A program made the translations under genes and the position numbers. Under the pieces are notes generated by a model. It was given only the letters and a program-made list of their open reading frames with translations, was not told the origin of the DNA and made no database searches. From a virus (lineage: Duplodnaviria > Caudoviricetes), in the IMG/VR virus record IMGVR_UViG_3300032253_000143, positions 1 to 25,953 of that record: a stretch of DNA of 25,953 nt; one strand, 5' to 3'. Below are positions 1 to 7,458 of the stretch, piece by piece; positions within the stretch are counted from its first letter, which is position 1, and every line of letters begins with the position of its first letter.

Positions 1-77
1 ATATAGAAGTCGACAACGAGCTCAGTAAAATCCTCAACGCACTAACAGCGGATCTCGGGGCAGTATTGAGAGATTAA
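1..77 (+). CDS. pheT: Phenylalanyl-tRNA synthetase beta subunit, C-terminal end (partial)
   Basis: Frame reads ...IEVDNELSKILNALTADLGAVLRD* (TAA 75-77). The ...LRD* ending directly upstream of ihfA matches the conserved pheT-ihfA order. Confidence 0.85.
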   Translation, partial: IEVDNELSKILNALTADLGAVLRD

Positions 78-99
78 TAAAAATTATAGAGAATAAAAA

Positions 100-402
100 A
101 TGGCGTTGACGAAAGCCGACATGGCAGAACGACTTTTTGAGGAATTAGGCCTCAATAAGCGAGAAGCTAAAGAATTAGTTGAAATGTTTTTTGAAGAAGT
201 GCGTGATGCACTCGAAAATGGCCAACAGGTAAAGTTATCTGGCTTTGGTAATTTTGATTTGAGAGACAAAAAACAACGTCCAGGGCGTAACCCCAAGACT
301 GGACAAGAAATTCCGATAACAGCTAGACGAGTTGTGACGTTTAGACCTGGACAAAAATTAAAAGCGAGAGTCGAAGCCTATGCTGGAACCCACCAACAAT
401 AA
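100..402 (+). CDS. ihfA: Integration host factor alpha subunit
   Basis: [28 protein letters not shown]...[42 protein letters not shown] is a canonical IHF-alpha sequence. Confidence 0.98.
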   Translation: MALTKADMAERLFEELGLNKREAKELVEMFFEEVRDALENGQQVKLSGFGNFDLRDKKQRPGRNPKTGQEIPITARRVVTFRPGQKLKARVEAYAGTHQQ

Positions 403-736
403 CGAATTACCGCCCATTCCTGGCAAACGCTATTTCACTATAGGTGAAGTCAGCGATTTATGTGCTGTAAAGCCGCATGTTTTACGCTATTGGGAGCAAG
501 AATTTACCCAACTTAAGCCTGTTAAGCGCCGCGGTAATCGTCGTTACTATCAACGTCAGGACGTGGTGATGATTCGTGAAATTCGCAGTTTATTGTATGA
601 ACAAGGCTACACCATTGGTGGTGCACGTTTACAGTTAACCGACGGCCAACAAAAAGAAACGCTAAAAAGTGATCCACAAATGCTGCATCAATTACGCATG
701 GAAATGGAAGAAGTTTTAGAAATCCTCTCTGCATGA
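380..736 (+). CDS. MerR-family transcriptional regulator (ihfA-associated)
   Basis: [27 protein letters not shown]...RRYY is a MerR winged HTH. It sits in the conserved ihfA-merR-tRNA-Pro arrangement. Confidence 0.93.
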   Translation: MLEPTNNNELPPIPGKRYFTIGEVSDLCAVKPHVLRYWEQEFTQLKPVKRRGNRRYYQRQDVVMIREIRSLLYEQGYTIGGARLQLTDGQQKETLKSDPQMLHQLRMEMEEVLEILSA

Positions 737-752
737 TTATTCCGCGTTCGCA

Positions 753-780
753 GTCATTGCGAGCGTAGCGAAGCAATCTC
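753..780. repeat. Short REP-like palindromic element
   Basis: GTCATTGCGAGCGTAGCGAAGCAATCTC with an ATTGC...GCAAT stem. It resembles the widespread GTCATTGCGAG...GCAATC extragenic palindromes. Single copy in the window. Confidence 0.55.
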
Positions 781-802
781 ACAAAACATCAATACCAGAA
801 TT

Positions 803-879
803 CGGGACGTAGCGCAGCCTGGTAGCGCACCTGCATGGGGTGCAGGGGGTCGGAGGTTCGATTCCTCTCGTCCCGACCA
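803..879 (+). tRNA. tRNA-Pro (anticodon GGG); probable prophage attachment site (attL)
   Basis: 77 nt, CGGGACG...CGTCCCG-A-CCA. D loop GCCTGGTA, anticodon stem CCTGC/GCAGG with loop ATGGGGT (GGG at 837-839), T loop GGTTCGATTCC, encoded CCA. Confidence 0.97.
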
Positions 880-910
880 AATAGAAAAACCTTGAATTTA
901 TTCTTGGTGC

Positions 911-940
911 CAAAAAACCGCATAAGTATGCGGTTTTTTG
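911..940. terminator. Bidirectional intrinsic terminator between tRNA-Pro and int
   Basis: CAAAAAACCGCAT-AAGT-ATGCGGTTTTTTG: perfect 13-bp inverted repeat with A and T tracts at either end, between convergent genes. Confidence 0.88.
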
Positions 941-992
941 CGTTTAGGTGGTCTGTTTAGTGAAGGTGGTTAGGTTTTTAGAAAGACTAAAA

Positions 993-1030
993 TGGCGGTT
1001 TTTGGCAGTTTTACCGCCAATTTACCGCCA
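993..1030. promoter_or_regulatory. Putative integrase arm-type binding sites
   Basis: TGGCGGT (993-999) and TGGCAGT (1003-1009), then two inverted copies TTACCGCCA (1011-1019, 1022-1030), abutting the int stop codon and close to the att tRNA. Confidence 0.65.
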
Positions 1031-2026
1031 TTAATTTGATAGTGGGTTACGCAGAACGGCATCGGCTAAATGGCTCGGTGCAAGGTGCGCATACCTCATT
1101 GTCATTTTAATATCAGAGTGGCCAAGTATCTCTTTGAGCGTGAGAATGTTTCCGTCATTCATCATAAAGTGGCTGGCAAATGAGTGCCTTAAAACGTGCG
1201 TAAGCTGGCCTTTAGGTAATTCTATTTTTGCCCGGGTGATGGCTTTTCTGTAACTGCCAGAGCAGTTGGTAAAAATTCGATCGCTAGGTTCTTTTAATTT
1301 AGAAAATTTTAACAGCTCTTTATAGAACTCTTTATCAAGCGGGATATTCCTGGTCTTTTTCGATTTTGTTTTAACATAAGTTACGCTGCAGTTATGTAAT
1401 TGTTTTTTGGTAAGCTTTTCTGCTTCGCTCCATCTAGCCCCTGTTCTTAAGCATAAATTAACAACATACCAGGTTGATTCGTTTATACACTTATCTTTTA
1501 TAGTATCTAATAAAGATTCTATTTGAGTTAACGAGAGGTAAGTCATTTGTTTTTCATCAAGCTTAAGTTTATCTACATCAATAATTGGGTTCTCATAGTC
1601 GAGAACTTTTAGCTTAATTAATTTGTTATACATGGCAGAAAATAAATCATGCAAGTTATTAAATGTTTTTGCTGCGACTACATCTTTGTCTTTTATTGTT
1701 CGTTTATATCTATATTGAACAAAGGCTTCAGGTGTCAGCATATGAGCAATTGGATTACCAAGTTCTCTGGCCGCAACCTTTATCTGGCGTTTAAATTTTT
1801 CTGCATTGCTTAATGTGAAGCCATGATACTTGTACCAGATATCTATTATTTCCAGCAGAGTGCGTGGATCATCTATCTTTATGTTCGTTTTTGGTAGGCC
1901 AAATAAGTACTCACGCTCAAATGTTTCGGCATCTCCTTTAGTTTCGAACGTCCGACGAACACGTTTTAATCCCTTTCTGTCTATCTGACATCGCCATTTT
2001 CCATTTTTTTGTTTTTTTACAGTCAC
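1031..2026 (-). CDS. int: Phage tyrosine integrase (P2/186/HP1 type)
   Basis: Catalytic motifs TGARWSE (R), TKSKK (K), HVLRHSFASHF (HxxR), LGHSDI (H) and MRYAHL (Y). N-terminal arm-binding domain GKWRCQI..RVRRTFETK. GTG start. Confidence 0.97.
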   Translation of the reverse strand: MTVKKQKNGKWRCQIDRKGLKRVRRTFETKGDAETFEREYLFGLPKTNIKIDDPRTLLEIIDIWYKYHGFTLSNAEKFKRQIKVAARELGNPIAHMLTPEAFVQYRYKRTIKDKDVVAAKTFNNLHDLFSAMYNKLIKLKVLDYENPIIDVDKLKLDEKQMTYLSLTQIESLLDTIKDKCINESTWYVVNLCLRTGARWSEAEKLTKKQLHNCSVTYVKTKSKKTRNIPLDKEFYKELLKFSKLKEPSDRIFTNCSGSYRKAITRAKIELPKGQLTHVLRHSFASHFMMNDGNILTLKEILGHSDIKMTMRYAHLAPSHLADAVLRNPLSN

Positions 2027-2094
2027 TTAAAATTTCTCATTAATGTATAGGGTTAGGTGTATGCCTAATTTATTCTCAAAATATTCAAGGCCTC

Positions 2095-2441
2095 CGGAAA
2101 AGCGTTACATTTGTAACTATTTAAAATTTATATAAAAAAACTTATTAATATCATATAGATAGAGAGGTTTTCCTCTTTTATCAAAGCGTTACAAAAGCGT
2201 TACAAAAGCGTAACAATGTAACGCTTTGATGTTACAAAAATGTAACGCTTTGGAAAACAACCCTAAACACGCTTGAAACCCTTGCCACACCTAGCTTTTT
2301 ACCCTATATAAGCAAATGCTGTGTAACGCCATGTTACAAAAATGTAACGCTTTGCAAAAAGCAAAAAAGTCGTGTAACCCTATGAAAATAAAAAAGAAAA
2401 AAATAATTTTTAGAATTAGTTACAAATGTAACGCTTCTCCG
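2095..2441. repeat. Symmetric iteron-like array (AAAGCGTTACA/TGTAACGCTTT); candidate replication origin
   Basis: 13 exact GTTACA/TGTAAC hexamers plus one variant. 25-bp terminal inverted repeats at 2095-2119 and 2417-2441 (1 mismatch). Tandem 11-mers at 2183-2215. Identical 24-mer ATGTTACAAAAATGTAACGCTTTG at 2229-2252 and 2331-2354. The repeats are directly visible; the origin function is inferred. Confidence 0.8.
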
Positions 2442-2466
2442 AAACCCCTAGTCAAAAATATTGATT

Positions 2467-2751
2467 TTACCGCGTGAATAAATTTCTAAATTCCACTCTT
2501 AAAGGCACAGCCAAAGCATAATCACGTTCATGATCAGGAATTGTTTCAATTACCTGGAGAATAAAATCTGAATGATTATTGCTGTGTATTTCGTTTATTT
2601 TACTTAATAAATCTTTAAGTAATTTTATAGCCGCTGTCGTTTGGCCTTGTTTATGCAGAAAACAACAGGTCGCAAACGTATCTGTATATAAGCACCGTTC
2701 TTGATTTGGTATCTCTTTAAATAATTTATATAACGTTTCTTTATCAACCAT
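2467..2751 (-). CDS. Hypothetical protein translationally coupled to the repressor
   Basis: 94-aa ORF whose start overlaps the end of the repressor gene. No motif recognised. Confidence 0.7.
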   Translation of the reverse strand: MVDKETLYKLFKEIPNQERCLYTDTFATCCFLHKQGQTTAAIKLLKDLLSKINEIHSNNHSDFILQVIETIPDHERDYALAVPLRVEFRNLFTR

Positions 2752-3184
2752 CGTTATCTTCTAAAAACTTTCGATACTGTTTTAAATTAAATTTTAATTC
2801 CGTTTCTAGCCACGCCTGCTCATCTTCGTCGGCATAAGTCATCCAGTCCTGGATAAAAGTAATAATTCTCATCGTTCGTGGATTAGCCCCTGAATATTTT
2901 ACTGCTGGCTCGGCTATTTCATTGGATTGAACCATCATTTGACCATCTCCTGAGAGAAGCCAATCAACAGAAACCCCTAAATTTAGGTGTAACCCTCTCA
3001 ATAGTTTTCCACCAACGGGCGAATTTTCATAAATTGAATTATTTATTGTTCGCTCCGACACACCTGTTTTATTAGATATATCAACAGGTTGTAAATTTAG
3101 GTGTTGCATCACCAACTGAAGACGTGATATTTCACCTATTTTTTTCTTGCTTAACCTATTTTTAGGTGTTATTGTTTTTGTCAT
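2744..3184 (-). CDS. Prophage repressor, XRE/CI-type HTH
   Basis: RLQLVMQHLNLQPVDISNKTGVSERTINN...LGVSVDWLLSGDGQM is an HTH_XRE signature. Same strand as int and divergent from the early operon. Confidence 0.85.
   Translation of the reverse strand: MTKTITPKNRLSKKKIGEISRLQLVMQHLNLQPVDISNKTGVSERTINNSIYENSPVGGKLLRGLHLNLGVSVDWLLSGDGQMMVQSNEIAEPAVKYSGANPRTMRIITFIQDWMTYADEDEQAWLETELKFNLKQYRKFLEDNDG
3147..3175 (+). promoter_or_regulatory. Putative early (lytic) sigma70 promoter with an operator palindrome in its spacer
   Basis: TTGCTT (3147-3152), 17-bp spacer, TATTGT (3170-3175). The spacer contains the palindrome ACCTA-TTTT-TAGGT (3154-3167). Confidence 0.6.
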
Positions 3185-3231
3185 TAGTAAATACCTTAAT
3201 TGAAAACAAAGTATATATCAGGAGATAAATT

Positions 3232-3435
3232 ATGGAAGCACTACAAGACAATCGCCCGCCAAAACCAAAAACGGCACAAATCGGCTTTAGATATGGTGAA
3301 AAAGCCAAAGCAGCAATAGAACAAATTGCTGATAAAGAGGGCGTTGATCCATCAATTGTATATCGCAAGCTTTTCACTTCTGGGCTTAAAACCGTATACG
3401 GCATTGATACGTTTCGTAATGAGCTAGTTGAATAA
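3232..3435 (+). CDS. Small DNA-binding regulator in the Cox/Apl position, ribbon-helix-helix-like
   Basis: AGGAG RBS. TAQIGFRY beta-strand pattern followed by two predicted helices (KAKAAIEQIADKEG-VDPSIVYRKLF). First gene of the early operon. Confidence 0.7.
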   Translation: MEALQDNRPPKPKTAQIGFRYGEKAKAAIEQIADKEGVDPSIVYRKLFTSGLKTVYGIDTFRNELVE

Positions 3436-3504
3436 TTTAAATACGGCATAACGACAGTATCTCGCTGAGTGCATCACCTGAATATTGGTTAAAACACCAA
3501 AAAA

Positions 3505-3900
3505 ATGACAAAAATAAAAGCACATATTCTCAAAGACGGAATTGTTAGTAAGAAAGAATCGGTTGTGCTTTGTTATTTATGTGAAGGGTACATGCGTAAA
3601 GAAATCGCATTAAGAGTGTGCAGAACACCCAGCACGGTTAACCGACACATCGAAAATATTGCAAAAAAACTTGATTGCAGTAGTGCCGCAGAAATAGTTG
3701 CAACAGCCATCGCAATAAAAATGGTCAGGATTGAAATTAATCATGATCACAGTTTGTTTTCTAAATGCTTAATGGTTCTTTTAATGTTTAATTTTACTGC
3801 TGGCCATTTAGATTTTCAGCGTAGCCCACGTTCACCCAGACCACTTAGAACAATGCGTGTTTCAGGCAGGTTAGTTCGTGGTCAACGGCAATTTCCTTAA
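3505..3900 (+). CDS. LuxR/GerE-type HTH protein with hydrophobic and Arg-rich C-terminus
   Basis: SKKESVVLCYLCEGYMRKEIALRVCRTPSTVNRHIENIAKKLDCSSAAEIVATA matches the LuxR C-terminal HTH pattern. Confidence 0.85.
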   Translation: MTKIKAHILKDGIVSKKESVVLCYLCEGYMRKEIALRVCRTPSTVNRHIENIAKKLDCSSAAEIVATAIAIKMVRIEINHDHSLFSKCLMVLLMFNFTAGHLDFQRSPRSPRPLRTMRVSGRLVRGQRQFP

Positions 3901-3915
3901 GAGGATGAAAAAATA

Positions 3916-4218
3916 ATGAAAGCAATGACATCAAAAGGCATGAATCCGGCAGTGGAAATGACAACAAGAGAACAGTTTTTTTTCGAGCGCAGAGTATTTA
4001 GATATAGAAAACGTATTGGTGCAAAAGAAATCTTACCTGTTAGAGGATTATTTTTTGCAGAGCAAATAATAGCTAGTCAAAAAATCAACCCTGAACAAGA
4101 GTCAGAAAAATTAATAAGCGAACTTGAAAAAATCTATCAACGTGATGGCTGGAGAGATATTAAACAGTTAGTAATTTATGAGTCGGAAATAAAGAAACGG
4201 CTTTCAGAATTATTATGA
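3916..4218 (+). CDS. Hypothetical phage protein
   Basis: 100-aa ORF with a GAGG RBS, in the early operon and coupled to the next ORF (ATGA overlap). Confidence 0.65.
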   Translation: MKAMTSKGMNPAVEMTTREQFFFERRVFRYRKRIGAKEILPVRGLFFAEQIIASQKINPEQESEKLISELEKIYQRDGWRDIKQLVIYESEIKKRLSELL

Positions 4219-4433
4219 GGCGACTTTATTACAGAGTGCTTCGTGACATTGCTGCCGTAAAGATACTGGCTGCGTTGGTAGCTTCACCTGAACGATATAT
4301 GTACATTTCTGACAAGGTGCAGAGCGGCGAACTTAGCAATCATGCCGCGACAGAGAAGAACGCAACCAAAGCAATATTGATGGCCGACCAGTTAGTTAAG
4401 GGCATTAAGCAGCGAAATACTCTTGACTCATAA
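4215..4433 (+). CDS. Small phage protein in a cassette-like unit
   Basis: LRDIAAVKILAAL...AILMADQLVK resembles the common phage LRDxFAxxAM...AYxxADAML small-protein pattern. Its stop codon lies within the TAAC of the attC-like site. Confidence 0.7.
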   Translation: MRRLYYRVLRDIAAVKILAALVASPERYMYISDKVQSGELSNHAATEKNATKAILMADQLVKGIKQRNTLDS

Positions 4434-4486
4434 CACAAAGTCATAAGCAGCCGAGGTACGAGGTCTGTCTTATGTGACTGTTATGA
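4428..4486. other. Integron attC-like recombination site (59 bp)
   Basis: TCATAAC (4428-4434) and GTTATGA (4480-4486) are complementary core boxes. Inner CATAAG/CTTATG, CAG/CTG and CC/GG stems carry unpaired bases, around a GAGGTACGA loop. Confidence 0.7.
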
Positions 4487-4496
4487 ATTTTAAATT

Positions 4497-4721
4497 ATGA
4501 AATATATAAAAACATCACAACTTACAGAGCTTGAATCACGCCAGTTGTGGGAAGGTATTAAAAAAGATAGTCCGGCTTTAGCGGATTTAATGAGTAGGGA
4601 TCCTTTTGTAGAAGAGTTAAAAGAAATATTTAACGCCACATTCCAGTTTGAATTTAATGAGTTCAACCGGTTTATTAAAATTGGACAAGAACAGATGATA
4701 AATAAAAATGACAATACCTAA
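4497..4721 (+). CDS. Hypothetical phage protein
   Basis: 74-aa ORF overlapping the start of the replication gene. Confidence 0.65.
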   Translation: MKYIKTSQLTELESRQLWEGIKKDSPALADLMSRDPFVEELKEIFNATFQFEFNEFNRFIKIGQEQMINKNDNT

Positions 4722-7458
4722 TTCTGCAGTAGCACGTTTTGACTTAAATCCACTGATTGTTGATCGATTAAAAAATGAATTCAGCATGAAAGAGGCTGGT
4801 GAACATTTACGCGGCGGTGTCTGCCCGGATTGTGCTAAAAAAACATTATGGACATGGACTAATAAGCCTGGACGAATACAGTGTAATAGAACAAACAACT
4901 GTAATTATTCAGCCACAAGCAAAGAACTTTTCCCTGACCTATTTGAAAAAATAAATAAAAAATATCCCCCCACAAAAGAATCTCCTCACGCCACTGCTGA
5001 TGCTTATATGTCATTGATTCGTGGTTTTGATATTTCAAAAATAAAAGGCTGGTATGTTCAAGATAAATATTACAACCCTAATGCTGAACCTGTTGCCACT
5101 GCCACTGTCCGTTTTTTTCTTGATGATAAAAAAACACTTATTTGGGAACGATTCATCGAAGAATTAATTATCACCGATGAAGACGGTGATAAAGAACCGA
5201 GAAATAAAAACTTTAAAGGGAAGTTTAAAGGGTCGTGGTGGGAACCCCCAGGATTTGAAATTAATGAAGGTGATGAGGTTTGCTGGTGCGAAGGGATTAT
5301 GGATGCCATTGCATTAAATATGATGGGTATGAAAGCAGTGGCCATTATGTCATCGGGTACTTTTCCGTATGAAGCAATTAAACCTTATCTCGATAAAAAC
5401 ATTACATGGGTTATTGCTCTTGATAACGATGTTACTGGAAGAAAATTTTTAACTAAGCATGCTAAAAAACTACGCGACATGGGGCAAAAAGTTGATGCTA
5501 TGTTATCGAGCAGCGGTGAAGAAAAAGCCGATTGGAATGATTTATTTAAAAAGGGAAGGCTGACCGAAAAGGACATAAAAGAATATCGTTATTTAGGTAG
5601 GCTTGAACTTGCGACAAGCGCAAAGCAAAAAGCCCAAATGATATGGGAACATAATACTTATAAAAATTATTTTGTTTTCCCGTTTAATAATAGAACTTAT
5701 TCAGCCAGGGTAAATAAATCAGATTATGATAAAGCAGCAAAAACACATTGGGCTAGTGTTTTAGGAGAAGATTTAGACAAAATAAAAGACGAAGATGTTA
5801 AAAAAGCAAAAGAAGAAGCCGACTTTTTACAGATTGATAAAGCCAATGAATATTCTTTTAGTCAGGGTTGTAAAATAAATAAAATAGCCTCATTTGAAAT
5901 TAATTTTTTATATTTTCAAGAGCCAGATAACGGCGAAGATGGACAGTACTTCTTTCGCTTTAAACTTTCAAATAATTCACCAGAAAAACAACTCGCCTTT
6001 ACTCATAAAAGCATTAGCGCAGCCGGCGACTTTAAAAAATCCGCATTAAGAATTCCAGGCGCACAATTCACTGGCAATACTAAAGACCTTGATCAGCTTT
6101 ATGATAGTTGGACAAGTTATGTTCCAAAGGTAGTCCGCACTCTCGATTTCATTGGTTATGACCGTGATAGCAAAGCGTATGTGTTTAATGATTTTGCTGT
6201 TGAGTCTGGTCGTGTTTTAAAACTTAATCCTGAATCATTTTTTCAACTTAAAAAGTCAGGTATTAAAACAATGGTTGATATTCGCCAGAAATTAGTAGTT
6301 AAACATCACAACGAATGGCTTGCAGATTTCACTTTGGCATTTGGCGTTAAAGGATTTATTGCTTTGTCATGGTGGTTTGGTTGTTTGTTTGTTGAACAAG
6401 TAAGAGATAACTATCGGTCTTATCCTTTTTTTGAATTAATTGGTGAGGCGGGTTCGGGTAAATCTGATCTGGTTGATTTTTTATGGAATTTATTAGGTAA
6501 AGAAGGCGAATCATTCAATCCTAACTCATCCACCCTTGCTGGGCGCACTCGTAAAATGGCAGAGGTTGCCAACATGCCCGTTGTTTTTAATGAAACTGAC
6601 AATGAAAAAGAAGCGCAAGAAAGGCATTCAAAACGTTTTGATTGGGATGAGCAAAAAGATTTATTCGATGGTGAGTTTGGACGGGTAACCGGTATTAAGT
6701 CACAAGATAACAGCACGAAAAAAGCACTGTTTAAAGCGGGTTTAATGATTGTGCAAAATATTCCAGTCCAAGCCTCTGAAGCGATACTAAGCCGTATATG
6801 TCATTTGAGATTTGATTGCACCCACCATTCAACAGAAGGTAAGTATGCATCGGATAGGCTTAATGTTTTACCGTTAAAAGAAACAAGTGGGTTTTTACTT
6901 AACTCAGTAAAGCAAGCTGACAGAGTAATGAAACATTTTGATATTAAATTAAAAAAACACATGACAGCTTTGCGCAAAAACAAAAAAATAAAGTTGCAGC
7001 GGATTGTGGAAAATCACGCAAAGGTGATGGCGTTTGCCGACTGCTTAAAGGGTGTTATTACTGAAATACCTGATAGCACTATCCAATTAGTCCATAGTCA
7101 TCTTGAAGAAATGGCCGTTGAACGACAAGGCTCACTAAATAAAGACCACCTAATCATTCAACAGTTTTGGGGGCAGTTTGATTACCTTGATAGCAAGCCA
7201 ATGCCTGGTGATAACTTAATAGAACAAAAAGACTTACTAAACCATAGCGGCACACCAGATAATTTAATCGCTTTTAACCTCGAAGACTTTCATAGCAAAT
7301 GTCGTGTTCATGGTTTACCTATGATTGATCCGAAAGAATTAAGAAGACATTTACCAACAAGTAAACGCCGTAAATATTTAAGAAATGAACCAACACGTTC
7401 CCGACTCGAAGGACGGATTATTCGTTGCTGGATTTTTGAAAAGCAAAGGAGTGAATAA
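4708..7458 (+). CDS. Replication protein: Zn-binding/TOPRIM primase fused to a P-loop helicase-like domain
   Basis: N-terminal CPDC...CNRTNNC Zn motif, TOPRIM motifs CEGIMDAIAL and IALDND, KADWNDL, Walker A GEAGSGKS and Walker B-like VVFNE. Confidence 0.88.
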   Translation: MTIPNSAVARFDLNPLIVDRLKNEFSMKEAGEHLRGGVCPDCAKKTLWTWTNKPGRIQCNRTNNCNYSATSKELFPDLFEKINKKYPPTKESPHATADAYMSLIRGFDISKIKGWYVQDKYYNPNAEPVATATVRFFLDDKKTLIWERFIEELIITDEDGDKEPRNKNFKGKFKGSWWEPPGFEINEGDEVCWCEGIMDAIALNMMGMKAVAIMSSGTFPYEAIKPYLDKNITWVIALDNDVTGRKFLTKHAKKLRDMGQKVDAMLSSSGEEKADWNDLFKKGRLTEKDIKEYRYLGRLELATSAKQKAQMIWEHNTYKNYFVFPFNNRTYSARVNKSDYDKAAKTHWASVLGEDLDKIKDEDVKKAKEEADFLQIDKANEYSFSQGCKINKIASFEINFLYFQEPDNGEDGQYFFRFKLSNNSPEKQLAFTHKSISAAGDFKKSALRIPGAQFTGNTKDLDQLYDSWTSYVPKVVRTLDFIGYDRDSKAYVFNDFAVESGRVLKLNPESFFQLKKSGIKTMVDIRQKLVVKHHNEWLADFTLAFGVKGFIALSWWFGCLFVEQVRDNYRSYPFFELIGEAGSGKSDLVDFLWNLLGKEGESFNPNSSTLAGRTRKMAEVANMPVVFNETDNEKEAQERHSKRFDWDEQKDLFDGEFGRVTGIKSQDNSTKKALFKAGLMIVQNIPVQASEAILSRICHLRFDCTHHSTEGKYASDRLNVLPLKETSGFLLNSVKQADRVMKHFDIKLKKHMTALRKNKKIKLQRIVENHAKVMAFADCLKGVITEIPDSTIQLVHSHLEEMAVERQGSLNKDHLIIQQFWGQFDYLDSKPMPGDNLIEQKDLLNHSGTPDNLIAFNLEDFHSKCRVHGLPMIDPKELRRHLPTSKRRKYLRNEPTRSRLEGRIIRCWIFEKQRSE

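Noticed and set aside
100-402. ihfA as phage cargo supporting integration
   Set aside because: It lies in the conserved host pheT-ihfA-merR-tRNA-Pro block outside the att site. The adjacency is explained by the tRNA target.
522-782. Minus-strand ORF starting [10 protein letters not shown]
   Set aside because: Shadow of the MerR gene. Its start is a translation of the palindromic repeat.
2095-2441. Repeat array as a CRISPR or a MITE
   Set aside because: Repeats are short, in both orientations and irregularly spaced, with no unique spacers or cas genes. No target-site duplication is visible outside the inverted repeats, so a MITE is less likely, though not excluded.
3446-3494. GCATAAC...GTTAAAA as another attC site
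   Set aside because: Only 49 bp, cores complementary only over TAAC/GTTA, and inner pairing is poor.
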